Positions 11,193-21,203 of a stretch of DNA of 64,000 nt are shown here, one piece after another. A program made the translations under genes and the position numbers. The notes below the pieces were generated by a model that saw only the letters and a list, made by a program, of their open reading frames with translations, was not told the origin of the DNA and ran no database searches. Origin of the DNA: an uncultured Actinomycetes bacterium. Its GTDB lineage: Bacteria; Actinomycetota; Thermoleophilia; RBG-16-64-13. The number at the start of each line of letters is the position of its first letter. Position 1 is the first letter of the stretch. The stretch covers positions 1,696,001 to 1,760,000 of the forward strand of contig CAWJDT010000001.1 in the NCBI GenBank assembly GCA_963841735.1. Direction: 5' to 3'.

Positions 11193-12681
11193 CATGAAGG
11201 ATAGTGGCCTAAGCGCTCTCTTCTTGGCGACGGACACGGCGAAACAGGGCGAGGAGTCGCTCTTGGACGCTGCTCAGGCTGAACAGAAGGCTGAGAAGCC
11301 CGAGCCCGCGTGTCGGAGTCCGGTCTCCAGGTAGGCGAGTCCGCCGATAGCTGCCAGAAAGTGCTCGCTGGGGCTGCTCCAGACGCGACCGGCGGCGGGG
11401 GGGCACGGAGTACCGGTGGGCCAAGACCATACTGTGATGGACGCGCAGGATCGGTCCAGCGCGGGGCGTCGTACTCTCATCCAGCCCTCGTGGAGCTTCC
11501 CGGCCGTTATCAGGGTGGTCGGGGTCGGTGGCGCCGGCACCAATGCTATCAATCGCATGCTCGAAGCGGGCATCAAGGGCGTAGAGTTCATCGCCATCAA
11601 TACCGACTCCCAGGCTCTGGCCATGTGCGAGGCTGATCACAAGCTGCGCATCGGTCATGACCTTACCAAGGGATTGGGCGGTGGCTCCGATCCGAAGGTG
11701 GGCCGCGACGCCGCCTTGGCTGCCTACGACGAGATCAAGAACATGCTCAAGGGCAGCGACATGGTGTTCATCACAGCAGGAGAGGGGGGCGGCACCGGGA
11801 CCGGTGCCGCGCCGGTGGTGGCCGAGATAGCCAAATCCCAAGGGGCGCTTACCATAGGGGTGGTGTCACGCCCCTTCTCGTTCGAGGGCAAGCGACGTGG
11901 CATCCAGGCGTTGGAGGGGGTGCGGGGCTTAAGGCAGCGGGCCGACACGGTCATCGTGGTGCCCAACGACAAGCTACTGGAAGTGGCCGACAAGGGCACC
12001 AGCATGATCGACGCGCTTCGTCTCGCCGATGACGTGCTCCGCCAGGGCGTTCAGGGCATCTGCGATCTGGTGACCGTGCCCGGGTTGATCAACCTCGACC
12101 TGGCCGACGTTCGCACCATCATGACCGGGGCGGGCACCGCTCACATGGGCGTCGGTCACGCCCGGGGCGAACAGCGGGCTCAGAAGGCGGCTGAGATGGC
12201 TCTCAACTCCTCGCTCCTGGAGACCTCCATCCACGGGGCCCGGGGTATTCTTCTCAATATCAGCGGCGGCGGGGATATGGCGCTCTTTGAGATAAACGAG
12301 GTCGCGGAGGCCGTAAGTGCCGAGGCCGCACCCGACGCCAACATAATCTTCGGCGCTGTGGTGGATGAGTCGCTCACCGACTGCCTGTGGGTGACGGTGG
12401 TTGCCACCGGATTCGACGCCACCAGCGATGAGATTCTCACAGCTCAGGTGGAAACGGCGACCAGGCACGACCATTCGGCGGAAAGACCGGCTGTGGAATA
12501 CGGTGTGCAGACGTCCCCGACTTCGAGTGACCAGACGGCTGCGGTGTCCGGCGAGCGGACGCCTGTCCCGCCCGATAGGGCGTTCACCGACCTGCTACCC
12601 AAGCAGGTCTGGACCGAGCCTGACGGCGGAAGCGGTGGTGCTGACGATGACACCCTGGACATACCGGCGTTTCTAAGGTAG
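11176..12681 (+). CDS. ftsZ: FtsZ with long N-terminal extension; either two compensating indels (~11310, ~11400) or a separate 52-aa ORF (11176-11334) plus FtsZ from 11416
   Basis: VVGVGGAGTNA, GEGGGTGTG signature, PFSFEG, T7 loop GLINLDLADV, C-terminal LDIPAFLR; ATG 11176 is in the same frame as the core. Confidence 0.9.
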
Positions 12682-13131
12682 GTTCTGGCGCAGGTCCCGC
12701 TCGTAGTAGAGGCTGGTCTTTTCAGCGAGGCCCAGCCTGCGGTAGAAGGCGTGGGCGCCCAGGTTCCACGACTCCGCCGATAGATAGAGCCTGCTGCAGC
12801 CGCGGGCCCGGGCGATCGTCTCGGCCGACTGCAAGAGGCTTCGGCCCACGCCAGAACTGCGGTACGCTTGCGTCACGAGCACGTCCTGGAGCTCGCACAC
12901 CAATCCCGCCGACCACGTGCTAAGCGAGAAGACAAGGGCGCACATGCCGATCAGACGGCCTTGGCGGTCGGCCACCAGCAGGAGGTGGTCGTCGGCGGCG
13001 AGAATGGCGGAGACCGTGGCGGTGAGGGGTTCGGCATCGGGGGGAGTGACGCCGTGGTGCGTCATGATCTCTTCCAGAAGAGAGAGTATCTGAGGCGTGT
13101 CTGAAGGTGTGGCCTGTCGGTAAGCGATCAT
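12673..13131 (-). CDS. GNAT acetyltransferase
   Basis: VLVTQAYRSSGVGRSLL, NLGAHAFYRRLG. Confidence 0.85.
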   Translation of the reverse strand: MIAYRQATPSDTPQILSLLEEIMTHHGVTPPDAEPLTATVSAILAADDHLLLVADRQGRLIGMCALVFSLSTWSAGLVCELQDVLVTQAYRSSGVGRSLLQSAETIARARGCSRLYLSAESWNLGAHAFYRRLGLAEKTSLYYERDLRQNLP

Positions 13132-13148
13132 GGGTGCGAGGTTAGCAG

Positions 13149-14055
13149 ATGGACGTGGAGACGCTTTATCTGAACGGGAGCTTCCTGCCCCTCTCCGAGG
13201 GTCGCATCCCCGTGGAAGACCGGGGCTTCGAGTTGGGCGACGGCGTGTACGAGGTGGTAAAGGTCATGAACCGCCAGGTGGTCTGGCCGGACGACCATCT
13301 GCAGCGGCTTGGACGGTCCCTGGCGGCGATCAGTCTGACTGAGGCCATCGTCGGTCACAAGCTCGAGGAGGTGCTCCCCGAACTTGTGACCCGCTCCGGG
13401 ATCGAACACGGTTGGGTGTATCTGCAGGTCACCAGGGGAGTCGCCGGCCGCGAGTTCGAGTTCCCCGCGAGTCCGCACCCCACGGTGCTCGCCTATGCCC
13501 GGGTCAACCCGGCGCCGACGATTGCGAAGATCCTGACCGGAACGGTGCTTCATCCCGTAGAAGACATCCGCTGGGCTCGTTGCGACATCAAGTCCACCAA
13601 CCTGCTGGCGGCTGTGCTGGCCAAGGAGGAGGCGCGGAGCGCGGGGGCTCGATGAGGCGCTCTTCGTCGCTCCCGACGGGACGGTGCGGGAGGGGGGTTC
13701 GTCCAACGTGTTCGCCGTGGTGGGCGGCGTCCTGCGGACACATCCGCTCAACAACCGCATTTTGGGCGGCATCACCCGTCTGCACGGTCTGCGCATGGCC
13801 CGCGCGGCGGGCTATAGGGTAGAGGAGCGGGCCTTCACTCTGGACGAGGTGACGTCTGATGCCGCCGTCGGATGTGAGGTCTTCACGGCCTCCACCACCA
13901 AAGACATCCTGCCCGTGGTCAGGATTGGAGCGCATTTGATCGGCAATGGGCGCCCCGGTCCGGTCACCTTGGCGCTTTTGGACATGATGCGCCGGGAGCA
14001 GGCTCTGTTCGTGGGGTTGGAGCCCCCCGCTCCGCTGGCGCTCGAGTCTCGCTGA
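13149..14055 (+). CDS. dat: Class IV aminotransferase (D-amino acid aminotransferase-like), indel near 13645
   Basis: EDRGFELGDGVYEV, YLQVTRG, RWARCDIKSTNLL, EGGSSNVF, ILGGITR, TASTT, PGPVT. Confidence 0.88.
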
Positions 14056-15025
14056 CCGCCGGCGCGGCCCCCGGGGACGCGCGCACCTGGCTCTCGCCGG
14101 GAGCCTGGTGCCGCATCGTCTTTACGATGTCTATCTCCGCCGCGGTGGGGCCGTGTTTGTCGGGCCCCGGCACCTCGAGCACGAACGGGACAGTGACCAA
14201 GGCCGGATGTCGGACCACACGGGCAAGACCTGCCCGGCCGATGAGTCCGAGCCCAGGGTTCTCGTGCCGGTCGTGCTTGGAAGCGAAGGGGGCACCCGAG
14301 TCGTTTAGATGGACCAGCCCTACGCGCTGAAGTAGATCCAGCCGCCGGAGGTCGCCGAACAGCGACTCCACCCCTTTTGCCTGGTGTATGGAGTGCCCGG
14401 CTGCAAACAGGTGGGCGGTGTCCAGACATAGGCCCACAGACGCCGGCAATGCAGCCAGCAGGAGTGCCAAGTCCTCGAGACTGTCCCCGATGGTGGACCC
14501 CGAGCCCGAGCCGCTCTCCAAGAGCAGGGGAGGAAGCTCCCCTGGGGCCTCTCCGCCACTAGGCAGAGCGGCCAGAGTGTGGGCGGAGGCCGCGATCGCG
14601 GCGATCGCGGCGTCGGTCACCAGTATGGACGCGCGGTCGAACCCCTCACCCCGATGCGAGCCGATGTGGGTGACTACCCCAGCCGCCCCGGCCAGGGCGC
14701 CGGTCACCAGCGCGTGTGCCAGGGCTTCTACCGAGTGTCCCCTGAGTGTCTCGTCGGGAGAGGCCAGGTTGATAAGGTAGATGGAGTGAAAGAACAAGGG
14801 AAGCTTGAGTTCGCGGAGACGCGCGCCCAAGCGCTGCAACTCTGCGCGATCTGGTGGGTCCATCTGCCACCTACGGGGGTTGGAACTGAAGACCTGTACG
14901 GCTTCGGCCCCCATGGCCAGAGCCCGGGCGGGTACCGCTGCAAATCCGCCCGCTGTGGATATCTGGCCTCCGATGAGGGGGAGGTTCGCGCTGCATCGGT
15001 CCGGCGCGCCGCTTGGTTTGGGCAT
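13964..15025 (-). CDS. nfo: Endonuclease IV (AP endonuclease family 2)
   Basis: QVFSSNPRRW, HSIYLINLAS, VTHIGSH, LLLE, CLDTAHLFAAG, HLNDS..DRHEN; 3' end overlaps dat and may be shorter. Confidence 0.88.
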   Translation of the reverse strand: MPKPSGAPDRCSANLPLIGGQISTAGGFAAVPARALAMGAEAVQVFSSNPRRWQMDPPDRAELQRLGARLRELKLPLFFHSIYLINLASPDETLRGHSVEALAHALVTGALAGAAGVVTHIGSHRGEGFDRASILVTDAAIAAIAASAHTLAALPSGGEAPGELPPLLLESGSGSGSTIGDSLEDLALLLAALPASVGLCLDTAHLFAAGHSIHQAKGVESLFGDLRRLDLLQRVGLVHLNDSGAPFASKHDRHENPGLGLIGRAGLARVVRHPALVTVPFVLEVPGPDKHGPTAAEIDIVKTMRHQAPGESQVRASPGAAPAVSETRAPAERGAPTPRTEPAPGASCPKAPR

Positions 15026-15086
15026 GTTGGGTGAGCCCTCTCATGTCGGGTGATTTCGTCCCCTGGCGCAGAGGATATACAATCGG

Positions 15087-15163
15087 GGCGACCGGCGACC
15101 GGCGACCGGCGACCGGCGACCGGCGACCGGCGACCGACGACCGGCGACCGGCGACCGGCGACC
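15087..15163. repeat. Heptamer tandem repeat (GGCGACC) x11, one variant GACGACC
   Basis: Counted directly; lies in the intergenic region between divergent nfo and the glycosyltransferase. Confidence 0.95.
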
Positions 15164-15205
15164 GACCATCCCTAGCGCCGGCGACAAGGCCGGCAGGGGG
15201 CCAGC

Positions 15206-16511
15206 ATGAAGCGAGGCGGGGCCACGGATGAACAGGGCGGGGCCATCCCCAAGCGCGCCGTCCGCGACGGCGCCAACGCTGTCGTCCGCGGCAGCGGGGG
15301 ACCAGCCGCATGTGCCCGCATCACTCCCGGCGCGGCGGGACTGGCCGTGTGGGCCCTCGAGCCCTATTTCGGCGGTTCGCATCGGTCGTTTCTGGAGGGT
15401 CTAGCCTGCTACTCGAGCCATGAAGTCGCTCTTCTCACCATGCCGGGGCGCAACTGGAAGTGGCGTATGCACGGAGGGGCCCTGACTCTGGCCCGGCGCG
15501 CGCTGGAACGACATCGGGAGACGGGCGAGCCGCCTCAGGTCTTCGTGGCCTCCGACATGCTCGATCTGCCGGTTCTTTTGGCCGCCGTGACCCCGACCCT
15601 CGGGCGGATCCCTACACTTCTCTACTTCCACGAGAATCAACTTACGTATCCCCTGCCGCCAGGAGTAGAGCGCGATCTCGGCTACGGGTTCAAGAACCTG
15701 GCCGGGGCGCTGTTGGCTGACATTGTCTTGTTCAACAGTGAGTTCCACCGGAGGGAGTTCCTAGCGGCGGCGTCCGATCTACTTGCCGCGATGCCTGACG
15801 AAGTGCCCTCCTGGGTAATGGGGGAGGTTGAAGCTCGAGCGAGCGTGCTTCCGGTGGGATGCGATCTTCGCCGTTTTGAGTGCCACCGGGCCCGGGCCCT
15901 TGCCGAGTCGGCCGGCGGACGATGGGGTGACCCGAGCAGACGGGCCCCTGCTTCTCTGGAATCAGCGCTGGGAGTACGACAAGGCGCCTGAAGAGCTGTT
16001 CCGGGCCCTATACGAGTTGAAGGCGGCTGGGACGCCCTTCCGCCTGGCGATGGCTGGGACGAACCAGGGCACTCCCACAGCCGTCTTCTTGCGGGCCAAG
16101 GAAGAGTTGGCCGACCATGTTGTGCAGTGGGGCAAGGTGGGGAAGGCCGCCGACTACGCCTCGCTCCTGTGGGCCGCCGATGTGGTGGTCTCCACCGCCG
16201 TCCACGAGTTCTTCGGTATCGCCGTGGTGGAAGCCATGTATTGCGGGTGTCGGCCGGTCTTGCCCAACAGGTTGAGCTACCCAGAACTGGTGCCGCGGGA
16301 GATGTACGCCGAAGTGCTCTACGAGCACACCGGGCTGGTGGCTGCGCTGGGGAGGGCATTGGCGCAGCCACGCGCCTGGCCGGAGGACTGGCAGCGCGCT
16401 TGGGTGGCCCGGTTCGACTGGGGCAGCCTGCGGACCCGCTATGATGAACACATCAGACAGTGTTGGGAGAGCGCTACGCGCCGGCGGGAACCTATGTGTC
16501 CCGGGCGGTAG
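15206..16511 (+). CDS. DUF3524/GTDC1-like GT-B glycosyltransferase (indel near 15935)
   Basis: LEPYFGGSH, WKWRMHGGA, DMLDL, YFHENQLTYP, FNSEFH, LWNQRWEYDK, STAVHEFFG, LSYPE. Confidence 0.85.
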
Positions 16512-16531
16512 CCGGACGGAGGAAGATAACA

Positions 16532-17908
16532 GTGGACGGGCTCTCGCTTGATATTGGGCGCTGTATGGCGGGCGCGGCGGGGATGAAAGGGCTGACCCCC
16601 GAGTTGCAGGCCGACTTGGCCCCGCGGCTCGAAGAGGCCCGCAGGGCGCTGCTGGCCAGGGCGGGCACCGGCATGCTGGGTTGGACGGATTTGCCACTGC
16701 AGGATCCCAAACAGTACCTGGATTTTGCGGACTCCGCAGCGGGTGGCTACGAGTGTCTTCTGGTCATCGGGATCGGGGGGTCGGCTCTCGGGGCGACGGC
16801 GCTGGCGACCGCGCTCCTGCCCTTCTTCTGGAATGAGCTGAGCCCGGAAGAACGCAGGGGGCGTCCGCGCCTATATGTGCTCGACAACGTCGACCCCGAC
16901 GAGATGGCCGCTCTGCTTGGGCGCTTGGATGCGAAGCGCGCATTGGTGAATGTGATCTCCAAATCGGGTAGTACGGGCGAATCTATGGCTGGGTACCTGG
17001 TGACCAAAGAGTGTCTGGAGGCGGCCGTAGGCGCAACCGCGCTCAAAGAGCATCTCGTGTTCACCACCGATCCGGCAAAGGGGACGTTGCGCCCCATCGG
17101 TGACGCGCTGGGTGTGCCCATGTTCGATCTTCCGGCGGGAGTGGGCGGACGTTTCTCGGTGCTTTCGGCGGTGGGGCTGCTGCCGGCGGCCCTCACCGGT
17201 ATGGACGTCGCGGCGTTGCTCGCGGGCGCTCGGGACATGGCCGAGACCATCGCGCATACTGAGGCGTGGGACAACCCCGCGTGCGTCTTTGCGGGCGTGC
17301 ACTATCTCCAAGACACAGCCCTGGGGCGACGGGTGAGCGTGATGATGCCGTATTCGGCTCGGCTGCGGGATGTGGCCGACTGGTACAGGCAACTCTGGGC
17401 GGAGAGCCTGGGCAAAGCCGTGGACCGGCAGGGCAAGATCGTGCATACGGGCCCGCTACCGGTTAAAGCGCTCGGGGTCACCGACCAACATTCCCAACTA
17501 CAACTCTATGCGGAGGGGCCGGACGATAAGGTGTTCACCTTCCTCGGCGTGGGGGAGTTCTCCGAGGAGATGCTCATTCCTGCCCCGGGACCGGAGGCGG
17601 CGTCGCTTGCCTACCTGGGCGGCCACACTGTGGCCGAGTTGATGTGGGCGGAACAGAAATCCACCGCGTGGGCTCTGGCCGAGAAGGGCCGGCCGTCGCT
17701 CACCATCACTCTGCCCCGGGCGGATGCCTATTCCCTAGGGGGGCTTCTCTACATGCTCGAGATGGCCACCGCTGTGGCGGGGGAGTTGTATGACGTCGAT
17801 GCCTTCGACCAGCCGGGGGTGGAGCTCAGCAAGGAAGCCACGTACGCTCTAATGGGGCGGCCCGGCTACGAGGCTCTGGCCAAGGAGATAGGCGGGGGCG
17901 ACCAGTAG
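16532..17908 (+). CDS. pgi: Glucose-6-phosphate isomerase
   Basis: IGIGGSALG, ISKSGST, VGGRFSVLS, QLWAESLGK, DQHSQLQ, DAFDQPGVELSK. Confidence 0.95.
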   Translation: MDGLSLDIGRCMAGAAGMKGLTPELQADLAPRLEEARRALLARAGTGMLGWTDLPLQDPKQYLDFADSAAGGYECLLVIGIGGSALGATALATALLPFFWNELSPEERRGRPRLYVLDNVDPDEMAALLGRLDAKRALVNVISKSGSTGESMAGYLVTKECLEAAVGATALKEHLVFTTDPAKGTLRPIGDALGVPMFDLPAGVGGRFSVLSAVGLLPAALTGMDVAALLAGARDMAETIAHTEAWDNPACVFAGVHYLQDTALGRRVSVMMPYSARLRDVADWYRQLWAESLGKAVDRQGKIVHTGPLPVKALGVTDQHSQLQLYAEGPDDKVFTFLGVGEFSEEMLIPAPGPEAASLAYLGGHTVAELMWAEQKSTAWALAEKGRPSLTITLPRADAYSLGGLLYMLEMATAVAGELYDVDAFDQPGVELSKEATYALMGRPGYEALAKEIGGGDQ

Positions 17909-17959
17909 GAGACGAGGTCGCGCCCGGCGCCTGCGCAGGCGCCGTTCCCCAACAGAGGA

Positions 17960-18024
17960 GAGGCACCCACGTGCCCTCGCGAAAGCTCGCACTGCGCTGT
18001 TTCGCGAGGGCACGTGGGTGCCTC
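17960..18024. repeat. Perfect 25-bp inverted repeat with 15-nt loop
   Basis: GAGGCACCCACGTGCCCTCGCGAAA (17960-17984) / exact reverse complement (18000-18024). Confidence 0.9.
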
Positions 18025-18030
18025 GACCCC

Positions 18031-18059
18031 TTGGCGCCGAACATATGTGTGGCTATGCT
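18031..18059 (+). promoter_or_regulatory. dinB promoter with LexA-box-like site; probably leaderless
   Basis: TTGGCG-N17-TATGCT; CGAACATATGTGTG at 18038-18051 resembles Gram-positive CGAAC-N4-GTTCG; ATG follows the -10 after a 7-nt gap. Confidence 0.6.
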
Positions 18060-18066
18060 GAGGGCT

Positions 18067-19281
18067 ATGGACGCGCGGGAGCATATCGTTCGGCCGCGGG
18101 CCGCTCACCGGGTCATCGCCCACCTTGACTTCGACGCCTTCTTCGCCGCGGTGGAGGAGAATCGCGACCCCTCGCTGCGGGGCAAGCCGGTCATCGTCGG
18201 GGGTGGCGAGCGGGGAGTGGTGTCCACCGCCAACTACGTGGCCCGGCGGTACGGCGTCCATTCGGCCATGCCGCTCCGCACCGCCAGGCGCCTCTGCCCG
18301 CACGGGGTGTATCTCACCGGGCATCATCAGCTCTACTACGAATACTCCCGCAGGCTCATGGCTATGTTGGATGAGTACTCTCCACTCGTGGAGAAGATGA
18401 GCCTAGACGAGGCCTACGTGGACCTTACCGGCACAGAGGGGCTGTTCGGTCCCCCGGTGGAGACGGCCCGGCTCATTCAGCGCCGGGTGGTCGATGAGCT
18501 CGACTTAAGCATCTCTGTCGGGGTGGCCGCCAACAAGCTACTGGCCAAGGTGGCTTCCGACTACGATAAGCCTGGAGGCTTTACCGTGATCCCCCTGGGC
18601 AAGGAGGCGGAGTTTCTAGCGCCGCTACCGGTGGAGCGCCTTCCTGGAGTAGGTCCGGCCCTGCTTGCCCAACTGCGAGACAGGGGGGTAGTCACTGTGG
18701 GTGATCTGGCTCAGGTTCCGCCCCATCTTCTGCGACTGTCGTTCGGGGAGATGGGGGAGATGCTCGCTCACCGGGCCAGGGGCGAGGATCTGGGCCGGGT
18801 GGCTCCGCGAGAGGAGGTCAAGTCCATCTCTCGCGAGCACACCTTCGACGAGGACGTTTCCGATATGGGCATCATCGAGTCGACCCTGGTGGCGCTCACC
18901 GAGGACGTATGCCGGCGCCTCCGGCGCAGACGCCTGGAGGCACGCACGGTGACGGTCAAGATCCGCTACGCCGACTTTGTCACCCACACCTGTTCCCACA
19001 CTCTGAACCGGCCCATGGATGTGGACGAAGTCCTTTTCGAGGAGGCTCTGGCTCTCTTCCGGCAGGGTCGGCGGCGGCGCTACCATCTGCGTTTGGTGGG
19101 GGTGGGACTCACCAACCTGGCGCCCCGTGCTTGGCAGGACGACCTTTTCGACCAAGAACTGCCCCTCCTGCGCGAGCTGGACCTCAAGCTGGACACCATT
19201 CGCGAGAAGTACGGCAAAGATGCGGTTCGACGGGGGGCGGCACTGCCCCGTGACGATCACTGCGATTCGAGCCGGGGCTAG
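18067..19281 (+). CDS. dinB: DNA polymerase IV
   Basis: HLDFDAFFAAVE, STANYVARRYGVHSAMP, SLDEAYVD, NKLLAKVASDYDKPGG. Confidence 0.95.
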   Translation: MDAREHIVRPRAAHRVIAHLDFDAFFAAVEENRDPSLRGKPVIVGGGERGVVSTANYVARRYGVHSAMPLRTARRLCPHGVYLTGHHQLYYEYSRRLMAMLDEYSPLVEKMSLDEAYVDLTGTEGLFGPPVETARLIQRRVVDELDLSISVGVAANKLLAKVASDYDKPGGFTVIPLGKEAEFLAPLPVERLPGVGPALLAQLRDRGVVTVGDLAQVPPHLLRLSFGEMGEMLAHRARGEDLGRVAPREEVKSISREHTFDEDVSDMGIIESTLVALTEDVCRRLRRRRLEARTVTVKIRYADFVTHTCSHTLNRPMDVDEVLFEEALALFRQGRRRRYHLRLVGVGLTNLAPRAWQDDLFDQELPLLRELDLKLDTIREKYGKDAVRRGAALPRDDHCDSSRG

Positions 19282-19324
19282 GACCTTCCGCGGCCGGGTG
19301 GCAGCCCCCGATGGGGCCGGGCGG

Positions 19325-20111
19325 CTATGGGGTCTGCTCGAAGACGCGTACCTCAGAGAGGGCTGTATCCTCCCACTGATCGCCCTCGTAGACCGAGACG
19401 ATGGTCAGTTTCACCCAATCTACCGCCTCGGTGGTTCCCGGCTTGATGCTCTGAGGCTCCGTGGAATCGGCCAGGTCGATTAGCTCGCTCATCCCGTTGG
19501 AGTATTCCACCTTGACGGCCTTGACCCGGGGATTGCCCTGGAAGCGCTCCTCATCTTTCTGACAACCGTTTGCAATCTCGATGCGTGCGATCGTCACTGG
19601 TCGGGAGAAATCGAAGCGCACCCACTCGCCCAGGCCGGGGCCGGCGGCCCCCTCCTCCCACGCGGTGGTGAGATCTCCGTCGATTAGATTGGTGGCCCGA
19701 TAGCTGTTGGTCGAAGTGGCCTTGAGCGCCGAGGAAGCGTCCGCGGCTGTGGGGCGTACCTGGATGGGGGCCAATGTGGTCGATGTATCGCTATCGGGGT
19801 TGTCGGAAATTTGGGAGGAAGTCGTCCCGATGGTGGCCGGGGTACCCACCTGCCCTGCGTAGGGTTCGATGTTCTCTGTGGTCTGTAGCGAGCCGTGGAT
19901 GATAAGGCCCAGCGTGATGGTGAGCACCGTCAAGCCAAGCAGGAGAGCGATGCCCATGGCGACCCCGGCGGCCGTGACCCGCGTGCGTCTGCGCCTAGAT
20001 CCTCCGTGGAGTCGGTCCGTACAGAGACGCCCCACAGCGGCCGCAGAACAGGGCCCGGGGCTCGTTCAGCGCCCGGCATTCGTTGCATCTGATGAATCTG
20101 TCTTCGCTCAC
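19325..20111 (-). CDS. Zinc-ribbon + TM helix + discoidin/NADase-type glycan-binding domain protein (indel near 20010)
   Basis: N-terminal CNEC..FCGRCGASL in the adjacent frame; TM helix; NLIDGDLTTAWEEG..GEWVRFDF..IANG..NPRVK..LSEV. Confidence 0.7.
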
Positions 20112-20312
20112 GTCAGCGTGCGGTCCCTCAGATGGCCAAATCTCATTAAAGCCCCCTTCGCAAGTCATTATGGCAAAATGACGGAGTTTTCCCCAACATT
20201 GTTCACGCAGGCTTGTGTTCCTGCTTGCCTTGCCTGTCCGCGGTGGGGTCAGGACGGCCCTCTGATAGAATCTGAACGTCCGTCCCATGTGAGCGCCCGC
20301 GGAGAGTGAGCG

Positions 20313-21197
20313 ATGGCTGATCTCGACAATGTCAAGGAATCCAAGAACTATTATCTCGATATCCCGCAGAAGAACCAGGCCTTCTTCGTGAAGGGCTCCG
20401 GTGCGCTTGACTGGGGCATGCAGAATCGTCTTGCCCGTATCTTTCGGCCCGAGTCGGGCCGCACAGTCATGCTGGCCGTGGATCACGGTTACTTCCAGGG
20501 TCCCACCTCCGGCTTGGAGCGGGTGGACGTCAACATCGTCCCGTTGGCTCCCTATGCCGACGCCCTCATGCTCACCCGGGGAATCCTGCGCAGCGTGGTG
20601 CCGCCCGCCTACAACAAGGGCGTGGTGCTGCGTGCCAGCGGCGGGCCCAGCATCCTCAAGGAGCTCTCCAACGAGCAACTGGCCCTGGACATCGAAGACG
20701 CCCTGCGACTGAACGCCGCGGCCATGGCGGTGCAGGTGTTCATCGGAGGCGAGTACGAGACTCAGTCCATTCACAACCTGACGCGGCTGGTGGACATGGG
20801 CAACCGGCACGGCATGCCCGTGCTGGGAGTCACCGCTGTTGGCAAGAGTATGACCCGCGATGCCCGCTACTTCCGGCTGGCGTGCCGTATCGCCGCCGAA
20901 CTGGGGGCGCATTTCGTCAAGACCTACTACGTGGACGAGGATTTCGAGACCATCACTTCCTCGTGCCCGGTGCCCATCGTCATGGCCGGGGGCAAGAAGC
21001 TCCCCGAACTCGAGGCTCTGACCATGGCCTACAAGGCGATCAGCGAAGGAGCCTCTGGGGTCGACATGGGCCGCAATATCTTCCAGTCGGAGGCTCCATT
21101 CGCCATGATACAGGCGGTAAGTAAGGTGGTGCACGAGTCCATGAAGCCCCAAGAAGCTTACGAGCTTTATTTGACCCTGAAGAGCGAGAAGAAGTAG
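20313..21197 (+). CDS. lsrF: LsrF-family thiolase / class I aldolase
   Basis: [53 protein letters not shown]. Confidence 0.92.
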   Translation: MADLDNVKESKNYYLDIPQKNQAFFVKGSGALDWGMQNRLARIFRPESGRTVMLAVDHGYFQGPTSGLERVDVNIVPLAPYADALMLTRGILRSVVPPAYNKGVVLRASGGPSILKELSNEQLALDIEDALRLNAAAMAVQVFIGGEYETQSIHNLTRLVDMGNRHGMPVLGVTAVGKSMTRDARYFRLACRIAAELGAHFVKTYYVDEDFETITSSCPVPIVMAGGKKLPELEALTMAYKAISEGASGVDMGRNIFQSEAPFAMIQAVSKVVHESMKPQEAYELYLTLKSEKK

Positions 21198-21203
21198 ATC
21201 GGA

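Noticed and set aside
11332-11334. In-frame TAG in the FtsZ extension as pyrrolysine or readthrough
   Set aside because: No pyl genes in the window; the alternative frame at 11310-11400 is open and protein-like, favouring compensating indels or a separate short ORF.
15087-15163. CRISPR array
   Set aside because: Contiguous 7-mers with no spacers and no cas genes.
97-20111. Programmed frameshifting or pseudogene status for the split genes
   Set aside because: Too many unrelated genes are affected, no shared slippery motif is visible, and the indels stop after ~20 kb; sequencing error is the simpler explanation.
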